Both the position numbers and the translations under genes were made by a program. From a virus (lineage: Duplodnaviria > Caudoviricetes), in the IMG/VR virus record IMGVR_UViG_3300017914_000233, positions 1-47,310 of that record: DNA of 47,310 bases. One strand, written 5' to 3'. A model generated the notes under the pieces. That model was given only the letters and a program-made list of their open reading frames with translations. It did no database searches and had not been told where the DNA came from. Shown one piece after another: positions 8,302 through 15,667 of this stretch (positions within the stretch are counted from its first letter, which is position 1; each line of letters begins with the position of its first letter).

Positions 8302-8772
8302 TTATGTTATAAGTTCAAAATGTGGTCCATCAATAAACGGCCTACGGCCTTGGGAACGACGAAGATCAATATACTCGTTCATTGCATCTTCCATGGTGCC
8401 TACGTACTTGGTGATGTCCCCAACCGACCAAGCTGCGCCCCATTTAATTTTACAGCCAACTTCATTAGCTGCTTCCGCCATTGCATCCGCAATGTCATCA
8501 TACACATTCAATTCCCATACCACATTCGGACCATCATAAGCTACAAGGTCTACTGCGTGTGAATATCCATCACCTTGAATCAAATGTCTAGACTTCATAG
8601 TCTGAGATCTACCAGAAGCATATAACTTCTTCTGCTCTTCTAGTGTACGTACACCATAGGTTACACCGAAGTCTACTTTCGTTAACTCGATAGCTCTTTT
8701 AACCGTAGCTACCATGTCTGGGTGTACGCCTTCTAGTTTACCCAGTGATCTGTTTGAAAGTTTAAACGCCAT
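8302..8772 (-). CDS. Endolysin, M15 family L-Ala-D-Glu peptidase
   Basis: G.RT..Q, S.H, AVD and DGPHFEL Zn-peptidase motifs. Confidence 0.9.
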   Translation of the reverse strand: MAFKLSNRSLGKLEGVHPDMVATVKRAIELTKVDFGVTYGVRTLEEQKKLYASGRSQTMKSRHLIQGDGYSHAVDLVAYDGPNVVWELNVYDDIADAMAEAANEVGCKIKWGAAWSVGDITKYVGTMEDAMNEYIDLRRSQGRRPFIDGPHFELIT

Positions 8773-9158
8773 TACTTTTTTCCAAAAAATTTAGTTGCTG
8801 AACGAATACCGAAGCTAGCTGCTACAATTACACCAACTGTATACTGATACCACTCTGGCATACCCTGTAGTGCAGCAAAACCATCTTCAACTATTTTACG
8901 TCCCCACTCTCCGCAAAATGATAGGATCAGGGGAATTGAGAATAAAATTGTTAGCCATTCGTCTTTCCATGAATTTTGGCTACCTTGAGCCATTACTCTT
9001 TCCCATTCAGCTTCTGATGTTGCAGCAGATAACATAATTTGTGCTTCAGCTTCAGCTTTAGCTACTTTAGCTCTAGTCTCTGCAGCTTTCTTCTCAATAG
9101 AACCTTTAAGGAAAGTACCTGCTAGTTCGGTGATTGGACCTATAAGTGCCTGTATCAT
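8772..9158 (-). CDS. Holin-like membrane protein
   Basis: Hydrophobic segments, SWKDEW motif, adjacent to endolysin. Confidence 0.6.
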   Translation of the reverse strand: MIQALIGPITELAGTFLKGSIEKKAAETRAKVAKAEAEAQIMLSAATSEAEWERVMAQGSQNSWKDEWLTILFSIPLILSFCGEWGRKIVEDGFAALQGMPEWYQYTVGVIVAASFGIRSATKFFGKK

Positions 9159-9358
9159 TTTTTAGTGGACTCCTTACCCATCCAGATACCAAAGCAACCA
9201 GTAAGAGCACCCATACACACTGAGACTAGACCTGCCTGTGCATTGCTGGGGTCTTCTAGAGCCATAAACCAGTGTACTGCTTGGTAGGTGAGGATAGTCA
9301 CTGCAAGCATCATTAGTCGTGGTAGGACTTTCCAGTCGTCTAGAATAGTAGCTGCCAT
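9155..9358 (-). CDS. Two-TM small membrane protein, possible holin or antiholin
   Basis: Two hydrophobic helices; probable start 9358 by TAATG coupling. Confidence 0.6.
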   Translation of the reverse strand: MAATILDDWKVLPRLMMLAVTILTYQAVHWFMALEDPSNAQAGLVSVCMGALTGCFGIWMGKESTKK

Positions 9359-9609
9359 TATTCCCAATCTCTTTTTCTATCTGGATCTAAGACATCGTAT
9401 CTGCTGAGGTGACCCTCTAGGTACATAGCTCTTTCTACTCTGTCGAGAGTGTACCGTACGCCTGTGTCTTGATGGATTGCTTCTCGTACATAGAATACAT
9501 CAGAACGTGGTATGTGTACTCTACGTAGTTTTGCTTCGTTTCCATCAATTAGAGCTGAATAAAAATCCTCTAGGATGGTCTCTGAAGCATATAGTTTTGG
9601 TTTGGACAT
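9358..9609 (-). CDS. Hypothetical protein, first gene of the leftward arm
   Basis: 83-aa ORF coupled to the next gene; no SD seen. Confidence 0.7.
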   Translation of the reverse strand: MSKPKLYASETILEDFYSALIDGNEAKLRRVHIPRSDVFYVREAIHQDTGVRYTLDRVERAMYLEGHLSRYDVLDPDRKRDWE

Positions 9610-9614
9610 GAGTA

Positions 9615-9642
9615 GTTATACTTTAAGTTTTGCAAAAGGCAA
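9615..9642 (-). promoter_or_regulatory. Candidate promoter directly abutting the ATG at 9609
   Basis: TTGCCT-N16-TATAAC, then 5 nt to ATG. Confidence 0.5.
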
Positions 9643-9798
9643 GTCTTTTTAGTGGGACGACAGAAAAAAGTTAAAGCCCGCCCCGTACTTTAAGTACACT
9701 TTAAGTACACTCTTAGTATTACTTATAGTATTTAATAACTTTTAATATTAGAAGTAATAAAAACTTAAGTGAAGCTTTATGTATACTTTATGTATATA

Positions 9799-9827
9799 AT
9801 TATATCCCGCCGGTCGTATTCTGTCAA
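9799..9827 (-). promoter_or_regulatory. Consensus sigma70 promoter for the leftward (late) arm
   Basis: TTGACA-N17-TATAAT, perfect match on the - strand. Confidence 0.85.
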
Positions 9828-9838
9828 GAGAAAAATGC

Positions 9839-9891
9839 TGTGATCACAAAAATAATTTTCCTTATATCGACTCTTAATTTGTGATCACAAA
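9839..9891. promoter_or_regulatory. Two TGTGATCACA palindromes, putative operators
   Basis: 9839-9848 and 9878-9891 (TTTGTGATCACAAA), just upstream of the -35 box. Confidence 0.6.
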
Positions 9892-10006
9892 ATACTTGTG
9901 GTTAACAGCCTTAAAAATACCCCCCTCTGTCACTGGGCGTATATATGTACGCATACACCCCCCGTGACCCATACGCCCCCCTCAATGCAATCAACGGGCG
10001 AGTCAC

Positions 10007-10602
10007 ATTCAATTTTTTGAATATGTACTATCATCGCATGCAAACATATGAATATGTGAATATGTTTAGACAATATAACATTATATTCGCATATTTGAAT
10101 ATGTTATAATGTAACATTTTGCTACTTGCGAGTCGTTCGCAAGAAGTATGCACCATATCATATTCACATATTACAATTCCTGAATGTATACCCCAACCAA
10201 CACATTCACATATCTGAATATGAGAATCATTCGCAAGTAGACACATTCAGTTTATTGAATATGTTATCACATTCAGATATTCATATGTTTGAATATGATA
10301 CACATTCAGTTTCTTGAATGTTAGCCCTAACAAAATACCCAAAAAATACACATTCAGTTTCTTGAATATTAAACGTAAAGGCCGTTTTTAAGGCCGTACA
10401 ATGGGGGCAAATTTTACCCTATGCCTGCCCTATAGAATTGAACCCCCTATTCAGTGAAGCTATTTGATAGGTCTACGTTCATATTCAACTTACTGAATAT
10501 GTTTTTTCTGGTATATGTGAAGGGTATTAACATATCCTTTTGGATAGGTTTGACTAGTACGAAAGTATAGGTTTTTGGCCTAACATATTCAACTTTTTGA
10601 AT
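10007..10602. repeat. Array of ATTC-N8-GAAT palindromes
   Basis: Nine exact copies starting at 10007, 10085, 10204, 10245, 10279, 10304, 10352, 10483, 10587; a tenth at 11289. Confidence 0.9.
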
Positions 10603-10712
10603 ACTATCATGCCTATACTAATGGATAGGTGTGTATCCCTATGCACCTCAAATTATGCCTCTGGATAGGTATAAAACCTGTTGACAAGTTGATATTCAGG
10701 GATTGCCGATAG

Positions 10713-11260
10713 GCCGTCGACGGACGTAAAACGGGGGTCACCCGATTAGCTTAACGGCGTCCAGTCTTATAGAGTAGGTCAGTGATACACCCCCACGTTG
10801 TTTGAAAATTGAATAGGACTAGGCGGATAGGCGAAAGCCGATAATTCCAGACAAAGCCTAAAAAGAGTAGGCCTAACCAATGGCCAAAATTTTCGGTTTT
10901 GTTATAGTCGCAATTACTAGCCTAGTCGTCATTTTCGATAATTTGCAAGCCCCATGGTTTTGGGGGCTTTTCCCGACATAATAATAAATCGGGACAATTT
11001 GGGGACCGTAACAATCGCAACCAAGTTGAAATAAAAGGTAGCAAACACAGCCATTGCTACGCAGATCAAAACCAGTCAATCAATACAAAATTAAGCCTTT
11101 GGGGCGTATGAGAAAACGTCTTAAAATACTAGCCCACACGATTTGACATATAGTCAAAATTTAGGTGGTGTTTCCATATAGGTTGGGACAGACGATAAAC
11201 CAAAGCAAGATTGACTAGCCCACTGCGAACGGTTGACCAGATCAACTTAGGTGGGCGCAA
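10713..11260 (+). ncRNA. Candidate structured RNA or long leader, family unknown
   Basis: Dense run of hairpins, GAAA tetraloop, duplicated structural unit, no long ORF. Confidence 0.35.
10880..10981 (+). CDS. 33-aa hydrophobic peptide MAKIFGFVIVAITSLVVIFDNLQAPWFWGLFPT
   Basis: Hand translation; one TM-like stretch; weak RBS (GAGTAGG). Confidence 0.4.
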   Translation: MAKIFGFVIVAITSLVVIFDNLQAPWFWGLFPT

Positions 11261-11347
11261 GCCTTGCCAGCTTGTAAAATACATTCATATTCCAATTATT
11301 GAATGTGTTTTATTTACTGGCAACGTCAAAACATGAAAGGAAACATT

Positions 11348-11845
11348 ATGACATATTCAGTGAAAGATTGGGGTTCAGATATCCGCAACGCAGAAACACG
11401 TTTTTTCCCAATGGTTGCAGATTGTTTGGAACAGTTAAACAATGGCAATTCGACAGACCTAGCAAAATTGCTATGCATCACGCATGGCAAAAAATCTAGC
11501 ATTATTACAGTGATTGAGGGTGAACGCCTAAAATTTGCAACGCCTTTAAAACGTATCTTGAACCATGCATTGGAAGGTGTTGAGATAAAATTTGATGCTA
11601 AGAAAAAATCGGGTGTCAAAATCAAGGTGGGTGACAATGGTGGCGCAAGCACTGATCGCATACAAGCATTGCGTCAATTAGGTAAAGCAACGGTTGCATC
11701 AAAAGCATTCAAGGATGCATTCCCTGCACCCGAAAAGGCTGCAAAGCAATTTGATGCGATCGCATGGGCAGAACGTGCGGTAAAATCAAATGGTGCTGAT
11801 CAATTGGAAGCAATGATCGCAGCATTGCAAGCAAAACGTGGGTAA
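11348..11845 (+). CDS. First early protein, hypothetical (165 aa)
   Basis: GAAAGGA RBS before ATG at 11348. Confidence 0.8.
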   Translation: MTYSVKDWGSDIRNAETRFFPMVADCLEQLNNGNSTDLAKLLCITHGKKSSIITVIEGERLKFATPLKRILNHALEGVEIKFDAKKKSGVKIKVGDNGGASTDRIQALRQLGKATVASKAFKDAFPAPEKAAKQFDAIAWAERAVKSNGADQLEAMIAALQAKRG

Positions 11846-11871
11846 ACTATCATCACACAAAAAATAAACAT

Positions 11872-11920
11872 TAGATAAGCACTTGTGGCACAAAGTGTCA
11901 CGAGTGTTTTCTTATGTCTA
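11872..11920 (+). other. Long intergenic hairpin, RNase III-site-like
   Basis: AAGCACTTGTGGCAC-AAA-GTGTCACGAGTGTTT, 15 bp with G-U pairs on the + strand. Confidence 0.55.
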
Positions 11921-11941
11921 TTTTATAGGAAAGGAAAAGAC

Positions 11942-12205
11942 ATGGAAGAACTGACATATCAGGTGATGGTTGGACATATTCAATACGGCCCACGTGATGA
12001 ATACATGGGCATGTCGTATTCTGTCGATACAACCCACGACACAAAAGAGGGTGCGGTGCGTGCAGCTGTAAAACTGGATCGTGAAATGCATGATCCAGAG
12101 TGTGAAATCATGGTGCGTCAATGGCCTTTTGGGTTTATGCAACGTGTGGATTATTGGATGCCAAAGGTGGATTTGCCGCATCCAACCGAAGAAATACCGT
12201 TTTAA
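11942..12205 (+). CDS. Early hypothetical protein (87 aa)
   Basis: AAGGA RBS before ATG at 11942. Confidence 0.75.
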   Translation: MEELTYQVMVGHIQYGPRDEYMGMSYSVDTTHDTKEGAVRAAVKLDREMHDPECEIMVRQWPFGFMQRVDYWMPKVDLPHPTEEIPF

Positions 12206-12229
12206 TGATGTGATGAAAGGGATTTTACA

Positions 12230-12457
12230 ATGACTAAGCCAATCTACATGGTGCGGTACGACATGAATGAGCCGAATGAGGCTCGTGATGACGATCTATA
12301 TGCACTCTATCGTTCGTTTGAACGTGCATTGCAGGGGGTAAAATTTGTTATTGGTGATGTACATGCAACACCTGTGACCGAAAATATCTCGTGGCGTTTG
12401 TGTGGTGATCATGGCATTGCCACAATAATTAAAACCTATATAGTTGATGAGGTGTAA
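12230..12457 (+). CDS. Early hypothetical protein
   Basis: 75 aa, AAGGGA RBS. Confidence 0.7.
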   Translation: MTKPIYMVRYDMNEPNEARDDDLYALYRSFERALQGVKFVIGDVHATPVTENISWRLCGDHGIATIIKTYIVDEV

Positions 12458-12458
12458 C

Positions 12459-12527
12459 ATGTTTGGGTTTGTCGTATTAGTATTGTTAGCATGTTGGGCA
12501 TTGGCATGGTGCATAGAAAACCGATGA
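12459..12527 (+). CDS. 22-aa hydrophobic peptide MFGFVVLVLLACWALAWCIENR
   Basis: GAGGTG RBS, fills the gap, ATGA overlap with next ORF. Confidence 0.6.
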   Translation: MFGFVVLVLLACWALAWCIENR

Positions 12528-12661
12528 AAATAGTTCAACGTGGTAAAAAGTGGGTGTTGTATGGTGACGATGGTAAGGTCATTGTCATCACGACATCTAG
12601 GTTAATTTGTGAATGGATGATGAAAAATGCAAGTACATCTACTGACAGCCCCAGTGTATAG
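12524..12661 (+). CDS. Small early protein (45 aa, MKIVQRGKKWVLY...)
   Basis: Hand translation, ATGA-coupled. Confidence 0.6.
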   Translation: MKIVQRGKKWVLYGDDGKVIVITTSRLICEWMMKNASTSTDSPSV

Positions 12662-12881
12662 CTGGGATGATGGAACCTACACCATTGGTGTATACAAAAG
12701 CATTGATGGTGCAATCAATGCAGCAAAAGAACATACTGAACTTGACGACTTGCAGTTTGTGCAATCTAGTAGTGATGATGTGGCATTTCTTGTGGAACCA
12801 GATGATGATCCAGAGGATGCAAAAGCATGGGGTGAGTATGCCTCTGAATATAAAATCATAACAAGGGAGTTGTTTGAATGA
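12627..12881 (+). CDS. Acidic early hypothetical protein
   Basis: 84 aa, in operon. Confidence 0.7.
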   Translation: MQVHLLTAPVYSWDDGTYTIGVYKSIDGAINAAKEHTELDDLQFVQSSSDDVAFLVEPDDDPEDAKAWGEYASEYKIITRELFE

Positions 12882-13093
12882 GTGTAGCATTATGTGGATG
12901 GTATGAAGTCGAGAACGGCTTGGAACCTGTGGATCAGGAGGGTGAGAACCTGAATGAAATAGTGTGTCGTCTGGTGAAAGAAGATCCAGACTTTGGTCAT
13001 ACCGATATGGAATTGGAGTTGACCTATGCCAATGGTGACACAAAAGATGTAACCAGTTTAGTTCATAGGTTGATACGTGATGGCAATCTATAA
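12878..13093 (+). CDS. Acidic early hypothetical protein
   Basis: 71 aa, GGGAG RBS, ATGA overlap. Confidence 0.7.
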   Translation: MSVALCGWYEVENGLEPVDQEGENLNEIVCRLVKEDPDFGHTDMELELTYANGDTKDVTSLVHRLIRDGNL

Positions 13094-13097
13094 ATCT

Positions 13098-13211
13098 GTG
13101 AAACTATATGTCAACGATGTGTTGATCTGTACACTTCCAATGGCCAGATTGGAAGGTACCTTAGCCGCCCTGCGTAGTAAGGGCATACGTAACATCCGTG
13201 TAGAGGAGTAA
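13098..13211 (+). CDS. Small hypothetical protein (37 aa, GTG start)
   Basis: Hand translation fills the gap; RBS weak. Confidence 0.45.
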   Translation: MKLYVNDVLICTLPMARLEGTLAALRSKGIRNIRVEE

Positions 13212-13215
13212 AAAC

Positions 13216-13566
13216 ATGGGACGTAAAAAAAGTGAAAAGAACTATGCAATCAACTTCAAGCATGAGGTGTGCCAATACTATGAGCACCACACGCAGAAGG
13301 AGACCATAGAAATGTATGGTGTCTCAGCAGTTAGCATATGGAAGTGGCGTGTAGCACTAGGTTACCGCAACAAACACCGTGGGTACAACCCGCACATGCA
13401 GCACATACAACCTGTGGTACCAACGCAACAAACCCGTGACTTTATGGTCACACGTGACGAAAATGGTAAGCTGCGAGCTGATCTTGCAGAGATTACACAG
13501 AAATATGTTGCACTTGAGCAACAGTTTACCGAGTTCAAATCTAAAATTATGGAGGCTCTACAGTAA
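13216..13566 (+). CDS. HTH DNA-binding protein with C-terminal coiled coil
   Basis: Y...FK..V...TIEMYGVSAVSIWKWR HTH pattern; heptad-like C-terminus; GAGGAG RBS. Confidence 0.65.
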   Translation: MGRKKSEKNYAINFKHEVCQYYEHHTQKETIEMYGVSAVSIWKWRVALGYRNKHRGYNPHMQHIQPVVPTQQTRDFMVTRDENGKLRADLAEITQKYVALEQQFTEFKSKIMEALQ

Positions 13567-14058
13567 ATGAACATATTTGCTTTCGACAAGTGTCCTGAGC
13601 AATCTGCATTGTGGTTGGATGACATTCGCAAGAACAAGATGATCTTGGAAAGTGCGCAGATGTTGTCCACCGCAATCAGAACACTCTGCCCCGACACTAA
13701 ACTGAAGGTCTACAAGGTTGCGTATCTGAACCACCCTTGTAGCATCTGGGCTAGAAAATCACGTGGTAACTTTCGTTGGTTAGTGGAACATATGACCTGC
13801 CTCTATATCCAAAAGAGTGGGTTACATAAATCTGCCAACCTGTTACCACAGTTCAATGAGTATGCAGAGGATGGTGACTTTCCCGATGAGGACTTGACCG
13901 ACTTTGCAAACTGCGCACGTAACTTAGAACGTGGTGTAGATTATTCAGATGTTGTTGACGTACACAAAGCATACCGCATGTACATGAACGACAGATGGAA
14001 AGAACGTAACATTACCCTCACATGGAAGTGGGGGGAGGAACCAGAATGGAGACTGTAA
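13567..14058 (+). CDS. Pyrimidine-dimer DNA glycosylase-like protein
   Basis: MNIF..D, KMILESAQML, NHPCSIW.R.S..N..WL motifs. Confidence 0.75.
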   Translation: MNIFAFDKCPEQSALWLDDIRKNKMILESAQMLSTAIRTLCPDTKLKVYKVAYLNHPCSIWARKSRGNFRWLVEHMTCLYIQKSGLHKSANLLPQFNEYAEDGDFPDEDLTDFANCARNLERGVDYSDVVDVHKAYRMYMNDRWKERNITLTWKWGEEPEWRL

Positions 14059-14059
14059 T

Positions 14060-15667
14060 ATGGCTACTTATACTATTCGTCCTGTAAACATGGACTTTGT
14101 ACGAGCACATGAACCTAACATTGCCGATGAGGTTGTACCTTACGGTGAACACAAGTTCGATGACATCGAGTGGACTATCAACATTGAGGGTGATCGTTTC
14201 CCTATGTCTGGTGTCGTACACCTATCCACTGGGGGGCAGTACCGTGTGTTTGCCCCTACACGTAAGGGCTTTGTCGTACAGAAGGCATACAAGATGGACA
14301 TGTCTGAGTCTGATGAGGTACTACGTGAGTGGGGTGACTACAACGAGTACAACATGTGGGAGTATGACGACAAACGTCTGCAAGACTGGTTGCAGGGTCA
14401 GGTCAGTGACATGGTTGACTACAATCACAACACATGCAAACCTACGTACCGCCTACGTGCCTTTGGCCCCAGACGTTCTGAAAAGTTCTTCGGCAAGATC
14501 ACACTGTGGCAGACACAGAAGAACCGTGATGACGATCGTCTCACTGCAATGAAACCTGCACGTGCAATCAAGATGATGTTTCCTGAGCTTGACCACAAGT
14601 CTCTCATCACGATTACCGATGCATTCCTACAGGAGTTTGCCCCACGTGAGCTTACCTTACACACATCCAAAGATGCAAATGAGTTTGCCTTCGCCTATGC
14701 AGGTGAGCAATCCCCAGCAGAGAACATCAAGACTACACCAGGACGTAAGTCAATGGCCTCTAGCTGTATGCGTTACGAGTTCGACAACCTTAGTGCTCAC
14801 CCTGCTACAGCATACGCAAGTGGTGACTTTACAATCATCTACACCACTGACCAAAATAACTTGGTGGCTAGTCGGTGTGTCGTGTACTACAACCAAGGTC
14901 AACCTAGACAGGCAGGGCCAGTGTACGGTGTATCTGAGCAGTCTATAGACATGATCGAAGAACACCTACACAAACTCAAGGTTACCCTGTATGAGAATGG
15001 TGCTTGTTGGATTGGTGCTAGGTTACAACGTATCGAAGAAGATGGTGGCTTTCTTGCACCATATCTTGACTTGACACCACAGTCACTAACTGATACTGGT
15101 GAGTACTTGGAAGTCAACCGCCGTGGTGAGATTGATGCCAGTCAGTACAACGGTATCCTTGGTGGTCACTACACTAGCTGTCATGAGTGTGGTGAGCATT
15201 TGTCTGAGGACGATTACTACTACTCAGAGTACAATGATAATCACTACTGTGAGCACTGTTACTACCAAGAGCACCTGTACTGTGACTATTGGCAAGAGAC
15301 TGTCCACCAAGATGAGACTGTCGTCTGTTGGCGTGTAGGTTACAACGGTCAGCATGAGTCAATCCGAGTGTATGAACGTATTGTAAATGACGGTGATGTC
15401 TTTGTCGAGTGTACTGACGGTGAGTACTGGCACATTGATGATGCTGCATTCTGTGAGTCTCAGCAAGAGTTCATATCCCCCGATGATATTGGTGACTACT
15501 TCACATCCGACTGGGATGGTGAGCTGTACCACAACGATCAGAGATGTGAGCTTGAGGACGGTGACATCGTATCCAGAGAAGAATTAGATAATGACCACAA
15601 CATCTGGCAAAAGAATGAAGATGATGTGTGGGAACAAGTGCAAGAGGAGTTAGAATTAGATGCATAG
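14060..15667 (+). CDS. Large early protein with SCM-motif domain and C-terminal Cys/acidic Zn-ribbon-like repeats
   Basis: 535 aa; SSCMRY; CHEC...YCEHC and degenerate repeats. Confidence 0.75.
   Translation: MATYTIRPVNMDFVRAHEPNIADEVVPYGEHKFDDIEWTINIEGDRFPMSGVVHLSTGGQYRVFAPTRKGFVVQKAYKMDMSESDEVLREWGDYNEYNMWEYDDKRLQDWLQGQVSDMVDYNHNTCKPTYRLRAFGPRRSEKFFGKITLWQTQKNRDDDRLTAMKPARAIKMMFPELDHKSLITITDAFLQEFAPRELTLHTSKDANEFAFAYAGEQSPAENIKTTPGRKSMASSCMRYEFDNLSAHPATAYASGDFTIIYTTDQNNLVASRCVVYYNQGQPRQAGPVYGVSEQSIDMIEEHLHKLKVTLYENGACWIGARLQRIEEDGGFLAPYLDLTPQSLTDTGEYLEVNRRGEIDASQYNGILGGHYTSCHECGEHLSEDDYYYSEYNDNHYCEHCYYQEHLYCDYWQETVHQDETVVCWRVGYNGQHESIRVYERIVNDGDVFVECTDGEYWHIDDAAFCESQQEFISPDDIGDYFTSDWDGELYHNDQRCELEDGDIVSREELDNDHNIWQKNEDDVWEQVQEELELDA

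Noticed and set aside
9901-9914. CtrA box
   Set aside because: GTTAA and TTAA are 5 bp apart, not 7
10031-10317. ORFs 10031-10246 (-) and 10126-10317 (+)
   Set aside because: By-products of the repeat array, no RBS, repeat-driven composition
10007-10602. CRISPR array or mini-array
   Set aside because: Conserved parts are short half-sites around a variable core, spacing is irregular, and there is no cas operon
10681-10710. Standard sigma70 promoter at TTGACA 10681
   Set aside because: No acceptable -10 at 16-18 bp; not listed as a feature
11038-11060. Link between this GTAGCA/TGCTAC hairpin and the same stem in the DUF1127 UTR
   Set aside because: Only 6 bp shared and loops differ; chance is likely
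11143-11245. FNR sites at the TTGAC...TCAA palindromes
   Set aside because: Spacers are 5 and 3 rather than 4, and half-sites deviate from TTGAT
10713-11260. Known ribozyme or riboswitch (hammerhead, cobalamin)
   Set aside because: No CTGATGA core or B12 box recognised; kept only as an unassigned candidate
13216-13566. IS3-family transposase OrfA
   Set aside because: No OrfB/DDE gene or terminal inverted repeats
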